From the IMG/VR virus record IMGVR_UViG_3300045988_092571, positions 1 through 47,790 of that record: a DNA stretch of 47,790 nucleotides. One strand, written 5' to 3'. The number at the start of each line of letters is the position of its first letter. Within the stretch, counting starts at the first letter, position 1. The stretch is from a virus. The translations under genes and the position numbers were made by a program. The notes beneath the pieces are model-generated. The model had not been told where the DNA came from. It saw only the letters and a list, made by a program, of their open reading frames with translations, and did not search any database. Of this stretch, positions 36,699 through 44,651 are shown piece after piece.

Positions 36699-37376
36699 AT
36701 AGATTTAAAATATGGGGATTGTTTAAAATTAATGAAAGATATTCCGGATGATAGTATTGATTTGATAGTTACTGACCCACCTTATAGAACGACATCCAGA
36801 GGATGTAGTGGTACTATGGGGGGATATTGGAAAAGTGAAAAGGCTAAAAAAGGAATAATCTTTGATTATAATAATATTTCTTGCGAAGATTATTTACCAC
36901 ATTTTTATAGAATACTTAAAGAAAAAACAATATGTTATATTATGTGTAACAATGTTAATCTGATAAAAATTATAAATACTGGTATTGAATGCGGATTCAA
37001 GTTTGTTAAATGTTTGATTTGGGAAAAAGGAAATAAAATATGTGGAAGATATTATATGGGATGTTTTGAATATATAATTCTTTTTAGAAAAGGTGGAGAT
37101 AGACCAATAAACAATTGTGGTACTCCAGATATTTTATCAATACCTATAAAGAAATTAAAAAATGAAAATGGTAAAAATTTACATGATACAGAAAAACCAG
37201 TAGAACTAATGAAAGTACTTGTAGAAAATTCTAGTAATGAATTAGAAACAGTATTAGACCCGTTCATGGGTATAGGTAGTACAGGTATAGCTTGTAAAGA
37301 ATTAAATAGAAACTTTGTAGGTATAGAATTGGATGAAAAATATTTTAATATAGCAAAAGAAAGAATTGAAAAATGA
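36681..37376 (+). CDS. Orphan N6-adenine/N4-cytosine DNA methyltransferase (beta class, N6_N4_Mtase family)
   Basis: Motif IV LIVTDPPY precedes motif I LDPFMGIGSTG. DTEKPVELM. No adjacent restriction endonuclease. Confidence 0.85.
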   Translation: MNSMSKIDLKYGDCLKLMKDIPDDSIDLIVTDPPYRTTSRGCSGTMGGYWKSEKAKKGIIFDYNNISCEDYLPHFYRILKEKTICYIMCNNVNLIKIINTGIECGFKFVKCLIWEKGNKICGRYYMGCFEYIILFRKGGDRPINNCGTPDILSIPIKKLKNENGKNLHDTEKPVELMKVLVENSSNELETVLDPFMGIGSTGIACKELNRNFVGIELDEKYFNIAKERIEK

Positions 37377-37390
37377 ATAGTATGTCAAAA
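37369..37390 (+). repeat. 22-bp direct repeat, right copy
   Basis: Identical to 36677..36698. Re-creates ATGAATAGTATGTCAAAA followed by a 13-codon dead-end ORF. Confidence 0.9.
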
Positions 37391-37412
37391 CACATTAAAA
37401 GAGGTGGAATAG

Positions 37413-37736
37413 ATGAATGAAGAATTTATTGAATGTAAAAAACATCCTATAACGAATTGTTATGATTTAACTAAACACTTTATTGGTAACCATGGAGGAA
37501 CGATTGTTTATTTGTCGCCAAATTTTGAAATAGACTTTATGCGTAGAATGTCAAGAACAGATGAATTGCAGCAACAAAACCAACAATACAAAGAAGTATT
37601 TGATAAAGTAGAGGAATATATTAAAAATAGAATAGATAGTTGCACTGCAGAAGCAAATTCTACAACAAATGATACCATGTGTAGAATAACGATAGTAGGA
37701 TTAAAACATTTATTAGACATATTAAAAGAGGAGTAA
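37413..37736 (+). CDS. Small protein, paralog family member 2
   Basis: N-terminus MNEEFI. Central QQQNQQYKEVF. C-terminus LKHLLDILKEE. Confidence 0.5.
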   Translation: MNEEFIECKKHPITNCYDLTKHFIGNHGGTIVYLSPNFEIDFMRRMSRTDELQQQNQQYKEVFDKVEEYIKNRIDSCTAEANSTTNDTMCRITIVGLKHLLDILKEE

Positions 37737-37739
37737 AAA

Positions 37740-37937
37740 ATGAATAAAGAATTAGATGTCGCAAAGAGCATCATCCGTAATCATTTGAATACGAATTTGA
37801 ATATTGACTCTTTGGATGCAATATATGAAATTGATAACGATAATAAAGAACTGTTGTTAGCACATGTAGATGCTTTAATAAATATATTTAAAAAAGCAAA
37901 AGAACAGTTAGAAGAAATGATAGGAAGTGATAAGTAG
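37740..37937 (+). CDS. Small hypothetical protein
   Basis: 65 aa. C-terminus KEQLEEMIGSDK resembles the family tail. Confidence 0.4.
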   Translation: MNKELDVAKSIIRNHLNTNLNIDSLDAIYEIDNDNKELLLAHVDALINIFKKAKEQLEEMIGSDK

Positions 37938-38221
37938 TGAATGAAGAGTTTATAAAAGAAATTATTAAAGCTACCATTAGTGGAGAACGACATCTAGGAA
38001 CAAATTTAAAAGAGCAATGTTTAACGTATTTCGATAATTTGATTAGTGAAAATCAACAATTAAAAGAACAACTAGAAAAAGAAAGAAAAGCAAGAAAAGA
38101 AGCTATTGAGTACATAAATGTAACTGAATATAGTGGTATAGTTGGTTTGAATAATAATGGTATAAAAGAATTTTGGTTTATGAAAGATTTATTAGAAATA
38201 TTAGATAATAAAGGAGAATAA
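37937..38221 (+). CDS. Small coiled-coil protein, paralog family member 3
   Basis: N-terminus (V)NEEFI. ENQQLKEQLEKE core. C-terminus MKDLLEILDNKGE. Confidence 0.5.
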   Translation: MNEEFIKEIIKATISGERHLGTNLKEQCLTYFDNLISENQQLKEQLEKERKARKEAIEYINVTEYSGIVGLNNNGIKEFWFMKDLLEILDNKGE

Positions 38222-38225
38222 ATGA

Positions 38226-38555
38226 ATGAATGATAAACCTGTTATACACATAACTGCAGCAGAGGTAATTGAAAAAGAAAATGAGACAATTTATGATTAT
38301 GATAACTCTCATGTTATATATAAAATGCAAGACTTAGGTAGTTTTGCAGAACTCCAAAAAATGAAAGCGGTAAATCAACAACTAAAAGAGCAACTACAAC
38401 AAAAAGAAGATATTATCAATAAAGCAAAAGTTGATTTAGAAAAACACTTAAATGCAAAGAGTTATGGTAATCATAAATATGAGTTGTTTGATAGGAAATA
38501 TTTAGACGATTTATTAGAAATATTAAATAATAAAGGAAGTGATAATAATGAATAA
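38226..38555 (+). CDS. Small coiled-coil protein, paralog family member 4
   Basis: VNQQLKEQLQQKE core. C-terminus LDDLLEILNNKGSDNNE. Its 3' end shares 29/30 nt with member 3. Confidence 0.5.
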   Translation: MNDKPVIHITAAEVIEKENETIYDYDNSHVIYKMQDLGSFAELQKMKAVNQQLKEQLQQKEDIINKAKVDLEKHLNAKSYGNHKYELFDRKYLDDLLEILNNKGSDNNE

Positions 38556-38859
38556 AGAAAGTTGGAGAGTCAATTCTTGTACAAGTTCTAATTTAATTAA
38601 AGTTTCAGAATATTTTGGTTCTGAAAAGCAATTATTAAAATTAGTAGAAGAACTAGATGAACTAAAAGAGGCTATTATCAATTTTACAGATGGAAAAGAC
38701 ACAAAAGAACACGTTATTGAAGAAATTGCTGATGTAGAAAATCTCCTTTATCAAATAACAGATTTATGGGATTGTTCAAATTTTTTAAATATTGTAAGAG
38801 ACTATAAAGCAGCTAGAACAGTGTGGAGGTTAAGTGAAGGAACAAAATATACAGACTAA
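38548..38859 (+). CDS. MazG-like nucleoside triphosphate pyrophosphohydrolase
   Basis: LLKLVEELDELKEAI ... VIEEIADVENLLYQI (EExxE ... EExxD helices). Confidence 0.6.
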   Translation: MNKESWRVNSCTSSNLIKVSEYFGSEKQLLKLVEELDELKEAIINFTDGKDTKEHVIEEIADVENLLYQITDLWDCSNFLNIVRDYKAARTVWRLSEGTKYTD

Positions 38860-39115
38860 TATAATGAATTACATATCCAGTATAGGTGGGCTTCCTATTA
38901 AACAAAATCAGTTAGGAATTTATGCTCAAGCAGGTGTCCCAGACTTAATTTGCTGCGTTAAGGGGCACTTTATCGGTATAGAGGTAAAACAATCAGGGAA
39001 GAAGCCAACACCTATACAGAAGGCATTTTTGGAGGCAATAATAAGGTGTGGTGGAATTGCTTTCTATGCTACAAGTGTTGAAGAAGTTAAAGATAAATTA
39101 AAAGAGCTAGTTTGA
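38834..39115 (+). CDS. VRR-NUC domain nuclease
   Basis: GVPDLICCVKGHFIGIEVKQSGKKPTPIQKAFL = PD...(D/E)xK core plus the Q..w motif. GTG start after GGAGG. Confidence 0.7.
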   Translation: MKEQNIQTNIMNYISSIGGLPIKQNQLGIYAQAGVPDLICCVKGHFIGIEVKQSGKKPTPIQKAFLEAIIRCGGIAFYATSVEEVKDKLKELV

Positions 39116-39133
39116 ATTTCTAGCTCTTTTTCT
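39101..39133. terminator. Bidirectional terminator at the convergence of the plus and minus blocks
   Basis: Perfect 10-bp stem AAAGAGCTAG/CTAGCTCTTT (39101..39110/39120..39129) followed by TTT on the plus strand. Overlaps the stops of both convergent CDSs. Confidence 0.7.
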
Positions 39134-42100
39134 TGTATTTACAAGATTATTAAGTCTTAGCCTACTGTTATTATTTAACTCACTGATTGTAGGAACATCT
39201 ATACCTTGACTCTTCAATTCTGAAATCATTTCCTGATACTTTTCTAGTTCTTGATAGACTCGGCTATTTGCAACACGTTCTGCATTTGTATTTTGTGCGA
39301 TAGAATTTAAAATTTCAGCCCACATTTCGCTATTGGAAATATCACCGTTAAATCTATCGTAAATGGCTTTTGCTTTATCAAACACATTAGTTGTTACTGT
39401 ATCAATACCTAGTGTATTTGCTAACGTTTCTACTGTGCTTCTGTTTAGTTCATTACCTGTGAATGTATCAACACCTGTTACTTGTTCAAATGGTGTTCTA
39501 ATTAATGGCGAAGTAGAAGAAACTACTCGACGTAACGGTTCTTCTGCAAACTCACCTAAATCAGATACAGGAAGATTTAATTTCAAGTAAATACGATTAC
39601 CTTCATCATCAGACCATGGCAGTGGTAATTGGAAGTTTTCTTTCTGATACTGATAATATTCGTTCTCATCTAAATCACTATAGATACTATTATAGCCTTT
39701 AATTAGCTTATTATATTTGTTTGCATTCTTCATTAGATTAGAAGCCTGGAATAACAAGTTCTGTTTCGTAAACGTATAAAATGGAATGATTTTCTTAACA
39801 ACGTTACGTTCAAAATCACTCATATTATTTGGGTCCATTAATGCAAATCTAACAGCTTCTATAGGGCTATTAAATCCTAAATTGCTAACAAATTTAGGGT
39901 GTTCATTAGCATATTTAAGAAGTGCCATTCTGTTTAGTGAGTCAATTGCACCATTTAAGTCACCATTCATTTGAACTAATCTACTAACAACACCTTTAGA
40001 ATTTCCAGCACCTTGTAAAACTTCCTCCAAGTCTTGTAACGTTGTACCTGCATTATTAAAACCACCCTGATAGAATTGTCTAATTAAATTGTAATCATCA
40101 AGTTCTGCTTTAGTTAGTGTTTCAAGTCCATTATTAGCCTTAGCAATGATATTGTCCATATTATTTAATAGCTTAGAAGCATCTTGGTAAAGTCCAGGTA
40201 TTTGTGAAGTAGGAACTCCACTTAAAGCTAAGTTTACTGCATTACCTGTAATGTTTCTAATTTGGAAACCAGGAGTTAAAACTTTAAATTTCTTAAAAGT
40301 ATTATTGAATGAGTTTACCATTTTTAGAATAGGACTCATCTGTCTACCATCATTGAAACCAACTTTAAATAAATTAGCTAAGTTTTTATCCATATAGACA
40401 ACCTTACCATCTAAAGAATTTACAAAGTCTTGAAGTGCTGTTGAGTTTTCTGGAAGAATACCTTTAATAGCATCAACTTGTTTAGCTATCTTACTTGCAT
40501 CAACCCTTGTAAAGTTGTAAGGAATTTGACCGTCTACTAAATCATCAGCTGTCTTTATTAAGTCTGTATCGTTCAACGTACCTGTTAAAAGTGCTTCATT
40601 ATAAAGTTTAGCACCTTTTGAAGTAGCTGTAGCATTATTAATAAAGTCCTCAATTCCTGCCATAGCATCTAAATTAAATAACTCTTTACCTTGTTGACTT
40701 TCCAATACATCTGTGGCTTTCTGCAAGTTTTCTATTCTTTTTATTTTAGCAGCATCAGCACTTTCATCAAGTGCACCTATTTGAAGTTCAAAATCACGTT
40801 GCTTTTGTTTAAGTCTGCTAATTTTATCAGAAAAAGTTTCTCTAATAAGAGGTTCACTTTCTCTTAGCTTAGCATAAGCAGCACTTTGTTTGACATATCG
40901 TTCAGTAAGATTATCTGACTTATCCATAGCTTTAACAGTATCATCTATAGTCTTAAGTGCAGCATCATCAATTGTTCCTGCTATTTTTGCAGAACTTACT
41001 CTAACGTTATTTTCTAATTTAGTTATACGTTGTTCTAGTTTGGAAGCCCTATTAAGTAATGAGTCTACTTGTCTTGGTTTCAAATTATCTGAGTTTTCAA
41101 TTTGTTTTATAAGGTCATTAAATTGCTTTTTAGAGTCTGCTAATTTAGTTGTATCATTTAAGAACTTATTAGAAAGTCTTGGGTCCTGTATTTTAGAGGC
41201 TTTGTCTATAATCTTATCAGAAAGTGCATCTCTTAATGTTTGTCTTGCAGTATCTGTCTTAGTTAAAGACTCTAGCTTCTTAGCTTGACTTGCACTAAGT
41301 TTAGCCAACTTTGCATCTCTTTTAGCCTCTGTTTCTGTTATTTGTCTAGATACATCACTTATCTGTTCTTCTAAAATAGTACGTTTATTTGCTGACAAGT
41401 TCTTTTTTAAGTTATCCACAGTTCTTCTATTTCTTGAAATAGCTTCAGTAATTGCTTCCTGTGCTCTTACATTTTCAACTTCTCCTGGGTCAATTCTTGT
41501 TCTTGAAGCAAACGAATTTGGATTAATTACATTACCTCTTCCAGATGCTATGTTTCTAGCTTCCTCACCTAAATCGCCTTGTGCACGTCTAACATATCCA
41601 GGACGATTAACAATATCTGAGAAGTCTGCACCTGTTTCTTCACGGATAATTCTAGATATATCCTGATAAGCTTGTTTAGTATCATCTACTAAAGACATAA
41701 ATTCACTATTTTGTCTTAGGTCATTTATTCTCTTAAGTTGTTCATCTGTATAGTTAAGACTTCTATTTAAGTTTAAATTTCTAAATGCTTCTTGAACGTT
41801 TGGATTGTTCTTAAAGTCATTAAGTAATTTGGACTTCTTTGTATTGATGACAAGTTCTGTACCACGGTCTCCCTCTCTAATTGTATATTTTATAGATGGA
41901 TATTGGTCTAAAACATTCTTAACTTGATTAATGGACTCGTCTGTTGCACTAAGTATATTTCTTTTGTTCTTAGAACTTATATTTCTAAGCCATCTTTCAC
42001 CATCAATTGCGGTGTCCATTTCACTTTCAATAACACGTGTGATGTCCTCAGAAACTTCTTTCATGACATCGTCTACATTTCTATTTGTCCTTTGTGCTAT

Positions 42101-43057
42101 GTCATCAGCATAGCTTCTTGCTTTGTTTACTAAATTATCAAGTACCTGATTAGAACGTGTTCTAGCAAAATCAGCAGCATAAGTACTTTCTCTAGCACGA
42201 TTGACCATATTGTTAGGAAGTGCTTTTGAAGCATCAAAAACACCTGTTAGAGACCGTTTTATATTATTGTAATCAGTCAATAAATTGGACCTCTGAACAT
42301 CACTTGTTACACTTCCTGCTTGTTGAATAGCTCTGTCTAATCTACTATTTCTAGCTATATCAACTGCCCCTAGACCTTTTTGAATTAGGTTATCTGCAAT
42401 ACCTGCTCCACCTTTAACAGCCTTTCCTGCTGCTCTAAATATAGCATCAGAAGGTGAAATAAATCTAATAGACCTAGCAGCATCAGAAGCAGTATCTACT
42501 GCATTAGCTGCTTTAGCTGCTTTAGAAGCAACTCTTGCTGCATCTGCAGCAGTATCGGCTGCATTAATACCAGCAGAAACAGCAGCACTTGCTCCTCCTG
42601 TAACTGGAATTAAAGCTAAATCTACAGGGTCCGCAAACACATCTAAACCAAAACCTAGTATGTCATCAAGACCTACATCCCCAATAATACCTTGGTCTGA
42701 CATTCCAGCATTTCTAAGTAATTGACCTCCTGATGTTGTCTTATTTCCTGTTAGACCTTCAAGTGCACCTTTCCCAACATCTCCACCCGTTTGGGCTGCA
42801 TCAATTGCACCAAACAAAGCTTGCTGTGGACGTCCTAAAATCTCAAATATATCAAATAGAATATTTTGGTCGTCTGGTAAATTAAATAGCTTCTCAAACC
42901 AGTCTCTTGTATCTGTGTCTACTCCTGAAGCTGTTAATCTCGTTTTAGCATTATTAACCTGTGATTGGAGCCTATTTGAAGAACTAGAAGAAGAGGAAGA
43001 CCGAAGTCTATTAGTAGTACTTGCTAGTCTTCCCGTTACTTTACTTTTCTTAGCCAT
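39107..43057 (-). CDS. Giant 1316-aa protein (putative virion-internal/ejection protein; function unknown)
   Basis: Poly-Ser tract, Gly/Ala-rich N-terminal region (GGASAAVSAGINAADTAADAARVASKAAKAANAV), long coiled-coil middle, distinct C-terminal domain. No enzymatic motif recognised. Confidence 0.4.
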   Translation of the reverse strand: MAKKSKVTGRLASTTNRLRSSSSSSSSNRLQSQVNNAKTRLTASGVDTDTRDWFEKLFNLPDDQNILFDIFEILGRPQQALFGAIDAAQTGGDVGKGALEGLTGNKTTSGGQLLRNAGMSDQGIIGDVGLDDILGFGLDVFADPVDLALIPVTGGASAAVSAGINAADTAADAARVASKAAKAANAVDTASDAARSIRFISPSDAIFRAAGKAVKGGAGIADNLIQKGLGAVDIARNSRLDRAIQQAGSVTSDVQRSNLLTDYNNIKRSLTGVFDASKALPNNMVNRARESTYAADFARTRSNQVLDNLVNKARSYADDIAQRTNRNVDDVMKEVSEDITRVIESEMDTAIDGERWLRNISSKNKRNILSATDESINQVKNVLDQYPSIKYTIREGDRGTELVINTKKSKLLNDFKNNPNVQEAFRNLNLNRSLNYTDEQLKRINDLRQNSEFMSLVDDTKQAYQDISRIIREETGADFSDIVNRPGYVRRAQGDLGEEARNIASGRGNVINPNSFASRTRIDPGEVENVRAQEAITEAISRNRRTVDNLKKNLSANKRTILEEQISDVSRQITETEAKRDAKLAKLSASQAKKLESLTKTDTARQTLRDALSDKIIDKASKIQDPRLSNKFLNDTTKLADSKKQFNDLIKQIENSDNLKPRQVDSLLNRASKLEQRITKLENNVRVSSAKIAGTIDDAALKTIDDTVKAMDKSDNLTERYVKQSAAYAKLRESEPLIRETFSDKISRLKQKQRDFELQIGALDESADAAKIKRIENLQKATDVLESQQGKELFNLDAMAGIEDFINNATATSKGAKLYNEALLTGTLNDTDLIKTADDLVDGQIPYNFTRVDASKIAKQVDAIKGILPENSTALQDFVNSLDGKVVYMDKNLANLFKVGFNDGRQMSPILKMVNSFNNTFKKFKVLTPGFQIRNITGNAVNLALSGVPTSQIPGLYQDASKLLNNMDNIIAKANNGLETLTKAELDDYNLIRQFYQGGFNNAGTTLQDLEEVLQGAGNSKGVVSRLVQMNGDLNGAIDSLNRMALLKYANEHPKFVSNLGFNSPIEAVRFALMDPNNMSDFERNVVKKIIPFYTFTKQNLLFQASNLMKNANKYNKLIKGYNSIYSDLDENEYYQYQKENFQLPLPWSDDEGNRIYLKLNLPVSDLGEFAEEPLRRVVSSTSPLIRTPFEQVTGVDTFTGNELNRSTVETLANTLGIDTVTTNVFDKAKAIYDRFNGDISNSEMWAEILNSIAQNTNAERVANSRVYQELEKYQEMISELKSQGIDVPTISELNNNSRLRLNNLVNTRKRARNSN

Positions 43058-43068
43058 AGAAACACCTC

Positions 43069-44145
43069 CTACTGATAGTTCTTATAGTAGTCTATCAAAT
43101 ATCCTAAGTTGGTTGCTGCTTGATTGTACAAAACGTTATCTAAGTTATATTGCTCTTGATATGCTGCAATTGTATCCATAGCTGCATCATAAATTTCATT
43201 CATCGTATTTTTGTCATTTCTATTAGTACGTTTTAATTGATTAGCTGCATCATTTACAATACTATTTAAAGCATTAATACCAGCATTTTGAGTAGCTGCT
43301 GCATTAGCTCTTTGTGATGCTAAGCTTGCTGCTAAACTTGCAGCTTGTTGTCTAGCCTCTTCTTGACGAACCCGTTCATTGTATTCTAACTGAGCAATTA
43401 AATTAGCGGTATTTGCATCAATATTTTGAACATTTAGATTATATTCATTTAAAATATCATTTAGTGACTTGTCTGTATCTTCTTGAGCTTCACGAAGTGC
43501 TGTTCTAAGTGCGTCCATAGCTTGTTGATTAGCATTTGCATTTTCACTAACTTCTCTACCTTGAGCAATCAAATTTTGCAATTGTGATAACTGTTGAAGA
43601 CCACTTCCACTAATACCTCGAGAAGCTGCGTCTATCATAGTTGTTCTATCTGCTTGATATCTTGCATCTTCTAAGTCTGCTCTTGTACTAAGATAATCCT
43701 GCCTTTGTTGTTGCTGTTGAAGTGCATTCTGCTCTTGAAAACGTTTAATAGAAGTTAGTAAGTCTTGTCTTTTAGATTGATACGTTTGATTGGCTGTATC
43801 TTTTTGTGCTTGTGCTGCTTGGTTATAAGCATTAATCATAGGTGTTAAATCAATAGGACGTGCAGCAGCTACAGCTTGATTATAAGCTGAACTAGCTCCT
43901 CCTAATTGATTATTTACAAGTGAATTTAAGTCTACACCCGAACCGACGGTCACTAATTTAGATGTATCAAAGCCAGAACTTGTATTTGTATTTGTAGTTG
44001 TAGGTCGTTGATTTCTATCTGCTGTTGGTCTAGGAAGATTATTCGATGCTCCAGGTTGATTTCCAATACTGGTCGATGTTGTAAATACAGGAGTTTTAGA
44101 TTTATTACTACTTCCACCAAAAAGAATATTCCACAAACTTGCCAT
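43069..44145 (-). CDS. Gln/Ala/Asn-rich coiled-coil protein (hypothetical)
   Basis: 358 aa. RBS AAGGAGG. Co-oriented with, and 11 nt upstream of, the 1316-aa gene. Confidence 0.5.
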   Translation of the reverse strand: MASLWNILFGGSSNKSKTPVFTTSTSIGNQPGASNNLPRPTADRNQRPTTTNTNTSSGFDTSKLVTVGSGVDLNSLVNNQLGGASSAYNQAVAAARPIDLTPMINAYNQAAQAQKDTANQTYQSKRQDLLTSIKRFQEQNALQQQQQRQDYLSTRADLEDARYQADRTTMIDAASRGISGSGLQQLSQLQNLIAQGREVSENANANQQAMDALRTALREAQEDTDKSLNDILNEYNLNVQNIDANTANLIAQLEYNERVRQEEARQQAASLAASLASQRANAAATQNAGINALNSIVNDAANQLKRTNRNDKNTMNEIYDAAMDTIAAYQEQYNLDNVLYNQAATNLGYLIDYYKNYQ

Positions 44146-44182
44146 ATTTATACCTCCTTATATAGTATATAAAATCATCTAA

Positions 44183-44211
44183 AGTATATCATAAATGTCT
44201 ATAAATGTAAA
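44183..44211 (-). promoter_or_regulatory. Sigma-A-type promoter for the 358-aa/1316-aa operon
   Basis: Minus strand: TTTACA (44211..44206), 17 nt, TATACT (44188..44183), preceded by TGa. Confidence 0.65.
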
Positions 44212-44304
44212 CAAAAGCACCATGGTTGAACCACAGTGCTAGTTTAGAACCCAGAATGTTCTAATGGAATATGTTGGATTGTAGATGTCAAGTAATGCAC
44301 CTAC
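44209..44304 (-). ncRNA. Candidate small RNA unit 3 (~95 nt), bounded by promoter and terminator
   Basis: Starts ~7 nt after the TATACT at 44316..44311. Internal hairpins GUAAU..AUUAC and UAGAAC..GUUCUA. Terminator stem AGCACUGUGG/CCAUGGUGCU (44240..44216) plus UUUUGUUU. No RBS-preceded ORF. Confidence 0.5.
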
Positions 44305-44310
44305 TATTAC

Positions 44311-44339
44311 AGTATATAATATTAAAAATTTTATGTCAA
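44311..44339 (-). promoter_or_regulatory. Sigma-A-type promoter of sRNA unit 3
   Basis: Minus strand: TTGACA (44339..44334), 17 nt, TATACT (44316..44311). Confidence 0.7.
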
Positions 44340-44512
44340 TAAAATAGCACCTAGAAGGTGCTCTGGAAAAAATAAATAAATAGTGAGAGACTTCATCCAA
44401 AAAACATAAATCTGTACTTGGCTTTGACATAAAAGTTAAAATAATTGGTTTTGAAGTAAAAGTTAACCTGAAAGGTAGTTGTGTGATTACAAAAACTATA
44501 GAAATCTCTCAC
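44338..44512 (-). ncRNA. Candidate structured RNA unit 2 (~175 nt), bounded by promoter and terminator
   Basis: The predicted TSS G (44512) opens a 12-bp helix: GUGAGAGAUUUC (44512..44501) pairs with GAAGUCUCUCAC (44394..44383), with one G.U. Terminator AGCACC-UUCUA-GGUGCU (44362..44346) plus AUUUUAUU. Internal duplicated UUAACUUUUA. Confidence 0.5.
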
Positions 44513-44518
44513 ATATTT

Positions 44519-44547
44519 AATATAACATATATCGAACACTTTTTCAA
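44519..44547 (-). promoter_or_regulatory. Sigma-A-type promoter of RNA unit 2
   Basis: Minus strand: TTGAAA (44547..44542), 17 nt, TATATT (44524..44519), preceded by TGt. Sits in a tandem 11-bp duplication ACTTTTTCAAT x2 (44538..44559). Confidence 0.65.
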
Positions 44548-44556
44548 TACTTTTTC

Positions 44557-44645
44557 AATAAAAAATGACTACGGAGCATTGAGTCATCTTTTATCACCAT
44601 AAAACTGGAAGTGTAAATGAAACACCAATTATAGGAATAACCTAC
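44557..44645 (-). ncRNA. Candidate small RNA unit 1 (~90 nt), bounded by promoter and terminator
   Basis: Starts ~7 nt after the TATACT at 44657..44652. Terminator ATGACT-11 nt-AGTCAT (44587..44565) plus UUUUUAUU. No RBS-preceded ORF. Confidence 0.45.
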
Positions 44646-44651
44646 ATCTAA

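Noticed and set aside
39107-43057. The 1316-aa protein as a tape-measure protein
   Set aside because: There are no tail tube, sheath or tail-assembly-chaperone genes anywhere. The gene is not in the tail module and has its own promoter. The length alone is not evidence.
44216-44240. GGTTCAACC inside the hairpin looked like a tRNA T-arm, suggesting a second tRNA
   Set aside because: The loop is only 5 nt when the G-C pairs close. There is no complementary 5' acceptor strand ~60 nt upstream and no anticodon arm at the right spacing. It fits an intrinsic terminator followed by UUUUGUUU.
44239-44430. 63-aa minus-strand ORF from the ORF track, inside the 44.2-44.8 kb gap
   Set aside because: It has no RBS before its ATG. 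It runs straight through a hairpin/U-run terminator (44346-44362) and a consensus promoter (44311-44339). Its composition is what is expected from AT-rich non-coding DNA. I treat it as spurious, and the region as non-coding RNA units.
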